Shown: positions 10,215 through 19,862 of the stretch, piece after piece
Position numbering within the stretch: the stretch's first letter is position 1
How the letters are laid out: every line of letters begins with the position of its first letter
From: a bacterium
GTDB taxonomy: Bacteria; SZUA-182; DTGQ01; JAFGSM01
DNA: 64,000 nucleotides
NCBI GenBank assembly: GCA_049472335.1
Contig: JBLIRO010000006.1
Coordinates: forward strand, 1-64,000
Direction: 5' to 3'
Notes under the pieces: model-generated
Told to the model about the DNA's origin: nothing
What the model saw: the letters and a program-made list of their open reading frames with translations, nothing else
Database searches by the model: none
Translations under genes and position numbers: made by a program

Positions 10215-10240
10215 TTAACAAACAATAAACATCTTAAAAT

Positions 10241-11011
10241 TTATCTGGTTGCCAAGGTTTTTGATTTTCCCTGGTCGGCGACCCGGCTTACGGCCCTTTT
10301 GATCTCTTCCTCATCACCTAAATAATAGTGTGATACAGCCTTTAGGTCAGCATTTAGTTCATATACAAGTGGGATACCTGTAGGAATATTTAATTCTATG
10401 ATTTCGTCATCTGAAACGTCATCCAGATATTTTACGAGGGCACGCAGGCTATTGCCATGGGCTACGATAAGGACCTTCATCCCTGATTTTAAACTTGGAG
10501 TTATCATCTCGTGCCAGTAAGGCAAGAACCTTTTAACCGTATCCTTCAGGCACTCACTTCGGGGCAGATCCTTTTTATCAAGCCCCTTATATCTTGGATC
10601 AAACCCCGGATAACGGTCATCCGTCTCTTCTAATGCCGGTGGACGGATATCATAGCTTCTTCTCCAGACAAGCACCTGCTTTTCACCATATTTTTCTGCC
10701 ATCTCGGATTTATTCAATCCCTGAAGGGCCCCATAATGCCGTTCATTCAATCTCCACGAGCGATAAACGGGTATCCATAATAGATCCATCTCATCCAGCA
10801 ATATCCATAATGTCCTGATCGCCCTTTTTAATACAGAGGTATAGGCAATATCAAAAATAAAGCCCTCTCTCTTAAGGTTTTGGGCCGCAGACCTTGCCTC
10901 ATCGATTCCTCTCTCTGACAAGTCTATATCTGTCCACCCGGTAAATCGGTTTTCTTTATTCCATATACTCTCTCCGTGTCTGAGAAGCACGAGCTTTTTC
11001 ACCACCGGCAT
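10241..11011 (-). CDS. gpmA: 2,3-BPG-dependent phosphoglycerate mutase
   Basis: [45 protein letters not shown] precedes ATG at 11011. Confidence 0.95.
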   Translation of the reverse strand: MPVVKKLVLLRHGESIWNKENRFTGWTDIDLSERGIDEARSAAQNLKREGFIFDIAYTSVLKRAIRTLWILLDEMDLLWIPVYRSWRLNERHYGALQGLNKSEMAEKYGEKQVLVWRRSYDIRPPALEETDDRYPGFDPRYKGLDKKDLPRSECLKDTVKRFLPYWHEMITPSLKSGMKVLIVAHGNSLRALVKYLDDVSDDEIIELNIPTGIPLVYELNADLKAVSHYYLGDEEEIKRAVSRVADQGKSKTLATR

Positions 11012-11476
11012 AAAACCTCCTCTAAACATCAAAAAATAATCATACACCTGTTTTATTAGAGGATAGCAGAATCAGATAAAGATTGAAAGAATGTTTTTTA
11101 CGAGTTTATCAAAATTGATAAAATATAATATCTTTTATTAAAAAATTTTAATTTTGTTTTAATCTTCTTTTAATCAGTATTAAGTATAATATTAATTAAT
11201 AAAAATATTACTACAACACATACCCTCAGATACTTATTGTTAAACATGGCACATATCTGAATTCTAAATGGGAAATGTGAGGCTGTAGTTTTATATACTG
11301 CAGAGACTAGGAAAAATAACACAAAACGGAGTGGGAATAATGTATAATAAATCAAAGCTATTGAATGTTTCTGTTAAACTCCTTTGTTTAACTGTTTTTG
11401 CTTTTATCTTTTCTTCTATGATAATATTTTTTAAAGGATTTAATGTCAAAAAACAACAAAAAGATATTCATCTAAA

Positions 11477-12421
11477 TTGAAAGGTATTTTTTTGTTTAAT
11501 TCGACCGCAAAAATATTTTTGCTTACGATCTTCATTTATTTCACTTTTTTTACCGGATATGTCTTTGCAGGCGGGGCATTTTCCTACCGATTGCCTCCAA
11601 ATGGATTATCTTTTGACGGGGAGGTGAAGACCGTGATAGGAGCGCTGAGAAAACATATCGTACAAGATAAAGAGACGTTTCTGGATATTGCCAGGCTTTA
11701 CAACCTTGGATTTAATGAAATAGAAGCCCTTTACCCTAAGCAGGATCCATGGCTCCCGCCTGCCGGTATGGAGCTTATCATCCCATCGCAATGGATACTT
11801 CCGGACACGCAAAAGGAAGGGATTGTAATCAATATTCCGGAGCTGAGGCTCTATTATTTTATAAAAAAGATGCAAATGATCAAGACTTGTCCTATCGGTA
11901 TCGGGGAACAGGAGTGGCAGACCCCTCTTGGGAATTATCCGATCAAAGAGAAGCAAATTCAGCCTGTCTGGTTTATTCCTCATTTATTGCAGGAAAAATA
12001 CGGGATTAAGACTATGGCGCCCGGCCCGGATAATCCTTTGGGAAAATATTGGATGGGATTGGGAGAATCGGGATACGGGATCCATGGCACCAACATACCC
12101 TGGTCCATTGGCCGTCTTGTCACCCATGGTTGTATACGCCTGTATCCAGAAGATATGGAGCAGTTGTTCGATCTTATCGGGTACGGAACTTCTGTAGAGA
12201 TTATTTATGAGCCCATTAAGATAGGGATGCTCTCAGATAGAGTATATATAGAGATTCACGAGGATATATATAACAGGATTGAAAATTTTGTTTTATATGG
12301 TTACAATAAACTAATTGAGAAGGGAGTGATCAATCTTGTGGATTTAGACAAATTTTACAGTGCCCTTGAGACCAGGAACGGTCTTCCTGTAGATATCACA
12401 TGCTTAATAAGACTTGAGTGA
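11477..12421 (+). CDS. L,D-transpeptidase (ErfK/YbiS/YcfS type, LysM-like + YkuD)
   Basis: GIVINIPELRLYY, PGPDNPLG, YGIHGTN..SIG..VTHGCIRL. Confidence 0.9.
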   Translation: MKGIFLFNSTAKIFLLTIFIYFTFFTGYVFAGGAFSYRLPPNGLSFDGEVKTVIGALRKHIVQDKETFLDIARLYNLGFNEIEALYPKQDPWLPPAGMELIIPSQWILPDTQKEGIVINIPELRLYYFIKKMQMIKTCPIGIGEQEWQTPLGNYPIKEKQIQPVWFIPHLLQEKYGIKTMAPGPDNPLGKYWMGLGESGYGIHGTNIPWSIGRLVTHGCIRLYPEDMEQLFDLIGYGTSVEIIYEPIKIGMLSDRVYIEIHEDIYNRIENFVLYGYNKLIEKGVINLVDLDKFYSALETRNGLPVDITCLIRLE

Positions 12422-12491
12422 TGAGTAGAAGGCCGTTTGATTTTTTTAAGGATTACCAAAAAACATGGTAAAATAATAGAAAGGAGAGGAG

Positions 12492-12866
12492 ATGCCAACA
12501 ATGAAATGGATTACCGGACAAAGATATTTTGCTGTTAAGATTGTCATAATGCTGTGTATAGGGATATTTATAACGGGTTGTGCCGCAACAACACCTCAGA
12601 TCACGTCTCTCCAGGCACAGGTTCAGGAAGCTTTGGAAAAGGCTGACATGGCAAAAATAGAGGCTGAAAATGCAAAGGCATTAGTAAAAACAGAATCCCA
12701 GAAGGCAGAGGAAGCGGCTCAGAGGGCTGAAAAGGCAGCCACCCGGTCTGAAAAAGCCGCAGATAGAGCCGAGTCTTCAGCAAAAAGGGCTGAGGCCGCG
12801 GCAAACAAGGCAGAGAATATGGCCCAAAAGTGCGAAAATATTTTCAGAAAATGTATGAGTAAGTAA
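12492..12866 (+). CDS. Lpp/OprI-like alanine-zipper lipoprotein
   Basis: Lipobox ITGC, heptad A/E/K/R repeats (AEEAAQR AEKAATR SEKAADR), C-terminal Lys (..CMSK). Confidence 0.75.
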   Translation: MPTMKWITGQRYFAVKIVIMLCIGIFITGCAATTPQITSLQAQVQEALEKADMAKIEAENAKALVKTESQKAEEAAQRAEKAATRSEKAADRAESSAKRAEAAANKAENMAQKCENIFRKCMSK

Positions 12867-12920
12867 AAACAAGTTTATTTTCATATTAGAGACGTATACC
12901 GAATTTCATAAGCTTTATAA

Positions 12921-12963
12921 AAAAAGGTGTGAAGGTTGCTTAAATCAACCTTCACACCTTTTT
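12921..12963. terminator. Bidirectional intrinsic terminator
   Basis: AAAAAGGTGTGAAGGTTG-7 nt-CAACCTTCACACCTTTTT between convergent genes. Confidence 0.85.
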
Positions 12964-12994
12964 ATTTTTAAATTAACAAAATAAAATCCAAGGA

Positions 12995-15900
12995 CTAATT
13001 TGTTTTATCGAAGAGTTTCAGTTGTTCTTTACTGTTTTTTCTATCACTACCTTTCCTATAAAGAGGGTTATTTTCGGCATTTGAATGATCCCCTTCGGGA
13101 TGTTCATTTTCTGCATTTTTCTTTTCGGGGTAATTCAACTCTGAGCTTTCTTTCTTTGATTTTTTCCTCCTTGCGTTTTTCACATCCGGGTGTTCAATTT
13201 CAAAAATTCCTTCATCCGAACTCTCCGTCTCCTGATTTTTCACTCCTGTGCCTTCGACCTCTAAACTTTCTTTCTCCTGATTTTCCGCATCAAAATGTCC
13301 CCCTTCATCCAATGGCTTCTGTTCAGAGTGGTTTTTCCCGCTATGATTCTTGTCTTCCGGGTTTTCTCCATCATCATATCCCTCTGCCGATAACTCATCT
13401 TCTGTCTTTTCTATCAATCTCACCACGGATACGGTAAATGTGCTCAAACGGTTGCCCCGAGCCTTCCAGCCCTTTACATCGATAAACTCAGCAAGGTTTA
13501 TCTGCTCGGTGTATTTTTTCTTTTTTCTGCCTTTCAGGTATTCGACCTCAACGATTGGTTCTTCCTCAGCGCTTAAAAGAAGCAATCTGGACTCCTGCGA
13601 TTCATTTATGAAGAAAAAGGGCTTTCCTGTGGTTTGTGTTTCGACCCTGAATCTTTTCACGAATATATTATCTGCTTCTGTGTCATAGTGAACCGCGGTG
13701 AAGATCTCATCAGGATCGAATTTTCTTATGATCAGGATATTGTCTGGTTCATAGCGATTGGTAAGCTCATAGGAGGTGAGGAAGTAGGAGCCGTTGCTCT
13801 GGATAACCAGGATGGTATCCTCCCCTTCAAAGCTCCCGAGATATTCCCCCCTTTCCTCTGTATTTAATCTACCGATAGTCTCATCATACCAGATATCCAC
13901 ACCACCCAATGTGGAGCCGCCGGCCTCCTTGTGCACAACCTTTTTTATCTGATGTTTAGTGACTATATTCCCCTGGGAACTCCGTCCTTTTATGGAAAGG
14001 CCTGCAAAATCAAAATCAAAGACCCTTTTTCGGGCGCGGCTCGCCGGGTTCAGATAGATGGTGACCACCTCTGACTGGCTATTCGGATTTGCCGTAAAAT
14101 AAACAACCCTTGTTCCGGGAGAGGATTTGGTAAGGGAATAGAGTTTATCACGGGTGATCGCATTAACAGGGAAGCGTTTCGCATAGTTTATACCCGATTC
14201 CCCGTCACTGTATATCATATGATATATCATCCTGGTGTCGTTCTTCTTCCATACTGTCGCATAAATTATGTCTTTGCCCACAAAGGCCTTCTCAGAGACC
14301 CTGGTCACCGTAAATGTGCCATCCTTAAAGAATACGATGATATCATCCAGGTCCGAGCATTCACAGACGAATTCATCCTTCTTGAGGCCGTATCCAATAA
14401 ATCCCTCCTTGCGGTTTATATATAATTTCTGATTGGCCACAGCCACGTGGGCCCCTTTTATTACGTCAAAAGAACGAATCTCTGTCTTTCGCTCCCTGCT
14501 CGAACCGTATTTCTTTTTGAGTGATTCAAAATATGATATGGCATAGTCGGTCAGGTGAGCCAGGTTAAATTCAACACGGCTGATTTCATCCTTCAGGCTG
14601 GCTATGTTCTGATCGGCCTTGATGGAGTCAAAGCGGGAGATGCGTTTGATGATGATCTGTGTGAGGTGCGTTATATCCTCCTCCGTGACCTCCCTTACAA
14701 AAAGGGATTTATAGGATTCCAGTCCCTTATCTATGGTCTCTACTATGGATTCCCATGTCTCGCATTTTTCTATATCACGATAGATCCTCTTTTCTATAAA
14801 GATCTTTTCCAGGCTTGCCAGATGGAGTTTTTCGAATAATTCCCCTCTTTTTATATCCAGTTCCTGCTTAAGGAGCGCTACAGTGTTATGGGTTGATAGC
14901 TCCAGGATCTCGTTGACGCTCATAAAACGAGGCTTTTCATCAATAATTACACAGGTGTTAGGAGATACGGATATCTCACAGTTGGTGAAGGCATAAAGGG
15001 CGTCAATGGTGATGTCAGGTGAGACCCCGGGAGGCAGCTCTACGACGATCTCCACATCCTTGGCCGTATTATCGATTACCTTTTTTATCTTTATCTTGTT
15101 GCTTTCGTTCGCCTTTACAATGGAGTCTATGAGCGTGGAGGTGGTTACGCCGTAAGGGACCTCGCGTATTACCAGGGTCTTTTTGTCAAGGGTTTCTATA
15201 CGTGTTCGCACGCGAACCTTGCCGCCTTTTAGCCCTTCGCTGTAATTGCTGAAATCCGCCAGTCCTCCTGTGGGAAAGTCCGGGAGTATATTCACTGGCT
15301 TTTCCTTCAGGATATCGATAGAGGCATCGATCAGCTCTATGAAATTATGGGGAAGGATCTTTGTGGAAAGGCCTACCGCTATCCCCTCTACACCCTGGGC
15401 TAAGAGGAGAGGAAATTTTACAGGCAGGTGCACGGGCTCCCTTTTTCTACCGTCATAGGAGAGCTGCCATTTAGTGGTCTTGTCATTAAAGGCCACCTCT
15501 AGGGCGAATTTGGAGAGCCTGGCTTCGATATATCGGGGCGCCGCAGCCTGATCACCTGTACAGACATCCCCCCAGTTCCCCTGTGTTTCGATCAGGAGGT
15601 CTTTCTGGCCGAGAAGGATTATCGCGTCACCTATTGCGGCGTCACCGTGGGGATGAAATTGCATAGTGTGCCCTATGATATTGGCGACCTTGTTGAAACG
15701 GCCGTCCTCCATTCTTTTCATCGAATAAAGGATACGGCGCTGCACAGGCTTCAGCCCGTCCTTGATATCAGGGACTGCGCGTTCAAGTATTACATAGGAG
15801 GCATAATCCAGGAACCAGTCCTTATACAGTTCCTGTATATGGGCGGTCTGTGAGCCCTCTTTTTCCGTTGTTGCGGGCCCTTCGGGGAGGGCTTTTTCCG

Positions 15901-16000
15901 GTTCTGTTAGTGCAGTCCCTTCAGGCAGGGTCTTTTCCGGATAAGTTTGTGCGGTTCCTTCCGGGAAGATTCCTTCCTGTGTGTTATCCCTATCTTCCAT
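12995..16000 (-). CDS. parC: DNA topoisomerase IV subunit A (Bacteroidetes/spirochaete-like type)
   Basis: WFLDYASYVILERAVP..DGLKPVQRR, FHPHGD, AAPRYIEARL, VKGWKARGNRL; N-terminal 13-aa repeats and acidic tail. Confidence 0.88.
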   Translation of the reverse strand: MEDRDNTQEGIFPEGTAQTYPEKTLPEGTALTEPEKALPEGPATTEKEGSQTAHIQELYKDWFLDYASYVILERAVPDIKDGLKPVQRRILYSMKRMEDGRFNKVANIIGHTMQFHPHGDAAIGDAIILLGQKDLLIETQGNWGDVCTGDQAAAPRYIEARLSKFALEVAFNDKTTKWQLSYDGRKREPVHLPVKFPLLLAQGVEGIAVGLSTKILPHNFIELIDASIDILKEKPVNILPDFPTGGLADFSNYSEGLKGGKVRVRTRIETLDKKTLVIREVPYGVTTSTLIDSIVKANESNKIKIKKVIDNTAKDVEIVVELPPGVSPDITIDALYAFTNCEISVSPNTCVIIDEKPRFMSVNEILELSTHNTVALLKQELDIKRGELFEKLHLASLEKIFIEKRIYRDIEKCETWESIVETIDKGLESYKSLFVREVTEEDITHLTQIIIKRISRFDSIKADQNIASLKDEISRVEFNLAHLTDYAISYFESLKKKYGSSRERKTEIRSFDVIKGAHVAVANQKLYINRKEGFIGYGLKKDEFVCECSDLDDIIVFFKDGTFTVTRVSEKAFVGKDIIYATVWKKNDTRMIYHMIYSDGESGINYAKRFPVNAITRDKLYSLTKSSPGTRVVYFTANPNSQSEVVTIYLNPASRARKRVFDFDFAGLSIKGRSSQGNIVTKHQIKKVVHKEAGGSTLGGVDIWYDETIGRLNTEERGEYLGSFEGEDTILVIQSNGSYFLTSYELTNRYEPDNILIIRKFDPDEIFTAVHYDTEADNIFVKRFRVETQTTGKPFFFINESQESRLLLLSAEEEPIVEVEYLKGRKKKKYTEQINLAEFIDVKGWKARGNRLSTFTVSVVRLIEKTEDELSAEGYDDGENPEDKNHSGKNHSEQKPLDEGGHFDAENQEKESLEVEGTGVKNQETESSDEGIFEIEHPDVKNARRKKSKKESSELNYPEKKNAENEHPEGDHSNAENNPLYRKGSDRKNSKEQLKLFDKTN

Positions 16001-16064
16001 CAGGCTGATTCCTCCAGGCAGCTTCCTTAACAGGATTCGATTTTACTTCTTTCCTGGCAGACTT

Positions 16065-16177
16065 ATGGAGAATAAATATTTCCATCATGCCTTTTCCTCA
16101 ATAAGGTTCAATTCGACGCGCAGGTTTTCGTCAAAGAATCCCTGCCGGTCAGGGATATTCTTCCCCATATAATACTC
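16065..16177 (-). pseudogene. Diverged duplicate of the parE 3' end (att-like direct repeat)
   Basis: 91/113 nt identical to 17577-17689; encodes EYYMGKNIPDRQGFFDENLRVELNLIEEKA* versus par[31 protein letters not shown]. Confidence 0.85.
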
Positions 16178-16831
16178 CGGCTAAGCTCAGCTTCAGACCG
16201 GTAAAGGCAAAGGTTGTTTTTTCCGGTCGTTATGTTTTCCTTTTGTCTATTATATACATACAATTTATTCAGTCAAAATCTGAAAAGATTCGTTTAGGAA
16301 CAAAAATGATGATCCCTCAATGTTTCCCTCAGTATTGCTTACGCTGGCCCAATTTATAATGACTTGATGAATTCCAAATTTACGTTCCGGTAACACAATT
16401 ATCATACAAGGATTGCCGGTATTAATTATAAATTTTCATATTGACAAAAGGTTTAAGAAATGATAGAAATTATAAAAAGGAAAAGATTTCACACACATTA
16501 TATATACTTAATATTAACCATTAAAAAATATATTTATTCAAACTCACCCTCTTTTTCCTGTTAATATACGGAAAAAACCTGTCCTCATTTTGTTTTTTAT
16601 CCTGAAATTCTCTGATCTTTAAAAACAATTTAATATTCCGTCCTTAACTACCGCTCATTTGAGGAGGTGATGCCTATTGAAAAATATATTTCCAGAAAGG
16701 TCTCAGGTTTTAAAAAAGATAATGATAATATAAAGGAGGGAAATGATAAGCAAAGCTACATCTTAGTAAATTTTGCTCATATAGGTTTACCTGTTCCCTA
16801 TTAGTATTTATAAAAATGTAGGAGGGGAAAG

Positions 16832-17332
16832 ATGTCTCAAAAATACAGCAAATCATTAATGGCAATCTTTTTGGCAATATGTTTTATCTTTTTTGCTGGC
16901 TATGGTTATAGCGCCAGTGTCCATACGGTAATATCGGAAGCGCCTATTGGCGTGGTAGATGGTGATATTGGTATGCCATTCCCTCATCCTCCTGATCCTG
17001 TTAAAGGCTTCGTTACGATGACCTGGAAAGATGATGAGCCGGATGCATTTTTTTATGCCGAGGTCAAGATAGGACTGAAGGATGAAGCAGTAAGGTATAC
17101 ATTTGAATGTGCTGCCCCATCTGCTACCGGTCCTGATTTTATTCACGGGCTCTGGAATGTAACCAGAAATGGTAAGCCAGTTTGCACTGGTTGTGTAGGT
17201 AGAGCGTATGGTCTGGATGCTGGTCCAAATGCTCCTGTTGGAAATTATTTTAAGCTCTATATCGGTGACCCTTTTAGCTATGGCGAAAAATGGCATTTAG
17301 GAGCTTTTATTACTTCCAGATTTGATTTCTAG
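16832..17332 (+). CDS. Secreted hypothetical protein
   Basis: AGGAGG RBS, signal peptide ending GYSA, CTGC motif, C-terminal ..SRFDF. Confidence 0.7.
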   Translation: MSQKYSKSLMAIFLAICFIFFAGYGYSASVHTVISEAPIGVVDGDIGMPFPHPPDPVKGFVTMTWKDDEPDAFFYAEVKIGLKDEAVRYTFECAAPSATGPDFIHGLWNVTRNGKPVCTGCVGRAYGLDAGPNAPVGNYFKLYIGDPFSYGEKWHLGAFITSRFDF

Positions 17333-17403
17333 TTGTCCTTTATTGACCAAAAACTTAATAAATAAGTCGGGTTTTTATGGATTAATTTAATGTGAAACAG
17401 AAC

Positions 17404-17566
17404 CGATGCTGGTTTCCGGTTTCCTGATTCCGGTAGATTAAGTAATATTTTTACTTGTATTTATCCGGTATCCGGCATCTGGCAGCCAGCATCGTGAAGC
17501 TCCGCTGGAAGAGTATTCTTTGACACGGATCTGGTTTAACCCAGTTGGTTTGAAGCGGGGCTTCGC
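17404..17566. repeat. Two adjacent hairpin elements between convergent genes
   Basis: CGATGCTGG/CCAGCATCG (17404-12/17486-94) enclosing 7-bp TCCGGxA-like units; GTGAAGCTCCGCT/AGCGGGGCTTCGC (17494-506/17554-66). Confidence 0.55.
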
Positions 17567-17596
17567 TAGTCAATCAATGGAGAATAAATATCTGTA

Positions 17597-19450
17597 TCAG
17601 GCCGCTTCCTCAACAAGATCCATTTCCACGCGCAGGTTTTCTATAATGAACTCCTGGCGGTCAGGGGTATTCTTTCCCATATAGTATTCAAGTATCCTGG
17701 GTATCGAAGAACCAGCGTCCATTACAAGGGGCTCCAGACGCATATCTTCACTGATAAAGGCACTGAACTCATCCGGAGAAATCTCCCCGAGCCCTTTGAA
17801 ACGGGTAATCTCCGGGTCTTTGCCAAGCTTGTTGATGGCAGCTTGCTTTTCCTCTTCCGTATAGCAATAGATGGTTTCCTTCTTGTTCCGTACCCGGAAG
17901 AGCGGTGTTTCTAGTATATAAACATGACCGTTTTTCACCAGATCCGGAAAGAACTGGAGAAAAAAGGTCATCATCAGAAGGCGTATGTGCATCCCGTCCA
18001 CATCCGCATCGGTTGCGATAATGACATTGTTGTATCTCAGGTTCTCTAGGCCGTCCTCTATATCGAGGGCATGCTGCAGTAGGTTGAACTCTTCATTCTC
18101 ATACACGACCTTTTTGGTAAGGCCGTAACAGTTAAGGGGCTTCCCCCTCAGGCTGAACACCGCCTGGGTCTCCACGTTCCTGGCCTTGGTGATGGAGCCG
18201 CTTGCGGAATCCCCCTCTGTGATAAATACGGCGCTCTCGTATCTGCGTTCGTTTTTTATATCATTATAGTGTATCCTGCAGTCTCGCAGCTTTTTGTTGT
18301 GCAGGCTGGCCTTTTTCGCACGCTGATTCGCCAGTTTCTTGATCCCGGCGATATCCTTTCTTTCCCTTTCTGATTGAAGTATTCGCTTCAGCATGGCATC
18401 GGAGGTTTCCGGGTTTTTGTGCAGGTAATCATCAAGCTCTTTTTTTATGAAATCGATAATATACCCCCTCACCGTGGGGCCGTCGGGTCCCATGGCAACA
18501 GAGCCCAATTTGGTTTTGGTTTGCGATTCAAAGATCGGTTCCTGGATACGAACACTCAGGGCCGCAACTATGGAGGCCCGTATATCCATGACCTCAAAAT
18601 TCTTATTATAGAAATCTCGCAAGGTCTTCACTATGGCCTCTTTAAACGCGGCAAGGTGTGTGCCTCCCTGTGTGGTATGTTGCCCGTTCACAAAGGTATA
18701 GTACTCCTCCCCATACTGGTTGCCATGGGTGAGGGCGATCTCTATGTCAGGTCCCCGCAGATGTATTATTGGATAACGGATCGATTCAGGATCTGTCTTT
18801 GATGAAATAAGGTCCAGGAGGCCGTTTTTGGAATAGAATCTCTTGCCGTTGAAGGTGATAGTCAACCCGGAGTTGAGGTAAACATAATTCTTGAGCTGAT
18901 TCTCAATGAATTCAGGGATGAAGTGGTAGTGCTTGAATATGGAATCATCAGGCAAAAAGGTCACTATAGTCCCGTTAGGCTCCTGAATTAAAGCCAGGGG
19001 ATGGTCTTTTCTCAATTCCCCCTGCTCAAACTCCAGTATCTTTGTCTTTTCATCCCTTATGGACTGGACCTTGAAATATCTCGAAAGCGCATTGACTGCC
19101 TTCGTGCCCACTCCGTTAAGCCCTACGGATTTTTGAAAGGCCTCTGTGTCATATTTGCCTCCTGTATTGATCATCGCCACACAATCAAAGACCTTTCCCA
19201 AAGGGATGCCCCTTCCGTAATCCTGCACCCGGACCCGTTGCTCAGAGATGCTGACATCGATCCTTTTTCCATAACCCATAAGAAACTCATCTATGGAATT
19301 GTCTATGGTCTCCTTCAGCAAGACATAGATTCCGTCATCCGGTGCGGAGCCGTCGCCGAGCTTCCCGATATACATACCGGGACGCAGGCGGATGTGCTCA
19401 CGCCAGTTTAATGATTTGATACTCTCTTCAGTGTACTTTATCTCCGCCAT
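17597..19450 (-). CDS. parE: DNA topoisomerase IV subunit B
   Basis: [57 protein letters not shown]. Confidence 0.9.
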   Translation of the reverse strand: MAEIKYTEESIKSLNWREHIRLRPGMYIGKLGDGSAPDDGIYVLLKETIDNSIDEFLMGYGKRIDVSISEQRVRVQDYGRGIPLGKVFDCVAMINTGGKYDTEAFQKSVGLNGVGTKAVNALSRYFKVQSIRDEKTKILEFEQGELRKDHPLALIQEPNGTIVTFLPDDSIFKHYHFIPEFIENQLKNYVYLNSGLTITFNGKRFYSKNGLLDLISSKTDPESIRYPIIHLRGPDIEIALTHGNQYGEEYYTFVNGQHTTQGGTHLAAFKEAIVKTLRDFYNKNFEVMDIRASIVAALSVRIQEPIFESQTKTKLGSVAMGPDGPTVRGYIIDFIKKELDDYLHKNPETSDAMLKRILQSERERKDIAGIKKLANQRAKKASLHNKKLRDCRIHYNDIKNERRYESAVFITEGDSASGSITKARNVETQAVFSLRGKPLNCYGLTKKVVYENEEFNLLQHALDIEDGLENLRYNNVIIATDADVDGMHIRLLMMTFFLQFFPDLVKNGHVYILETPLFRVRNKKETIYCYTEEEKQAAINKLGKDPEITRFKGLGEISPDEFSAFISEDMRLEPLVMDAGSSIPRILEYYMGKNTPDRQEFIIENLRVEMDLVEEAA

Positions 19451-19862
19451 GTCTTCCCCTTATCTGTGTTATATGTCTGAAATGAGATCCATTAAAAAAT
19501 ATACAGGGATTCTCCAAGCAAAGAAAATGATTCTTAATTTAACTATTCCCCCCCAGGGACATAGAATAGCACTCTCCGGTATTTTTTAATAAGCCCTTAA
19601 GCATTAAAATACTAATAGAATAATACCATTGCAGATTTATAGCAAGTTATTTTTATCTTTTATTTTTCTTAAATTCGTTCTATAATTTATCCGAACTACT
19701 TTTATAGTAGTGGCTCATTTGAAGATCAAAATGAAGAAATGGGGCGAATAGCCGTAAATTTAATTTCAAAAGGAAAAGATACGCCTCTCCCTGTCCGAAG
19801 TCTGCCCCCCCAGGGAGGGGAGTGAAAACAAAATAAAACCACATAAAGGGGGGAGGAGAAAC

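Noticed and set aside
11170..11355. 61-aa ORF and other short ORFs in AT-rich gaps
   Set aside because: No convincing RBS, start codon or recognisable motif
16195..16240. c-di-GMP-I riboswitch (AAAGGCAAA seed)
   Set aside because: Following GAAA tetraloop stem and GACGCAAA motif are absent
16065..17689. parE 3' duplication as a DGR template/variable repeat pair
   Set aside because: The 22 mismatches involve all four bases in both copies rather than adenines only, and no reverse transcriptase is present
19784..19822. CCTCTCCC...GGGAGGGG REP-like hairpin upstream of the protease
   Set aside because: Single imperfect copy in the window; cannot be supported as a family
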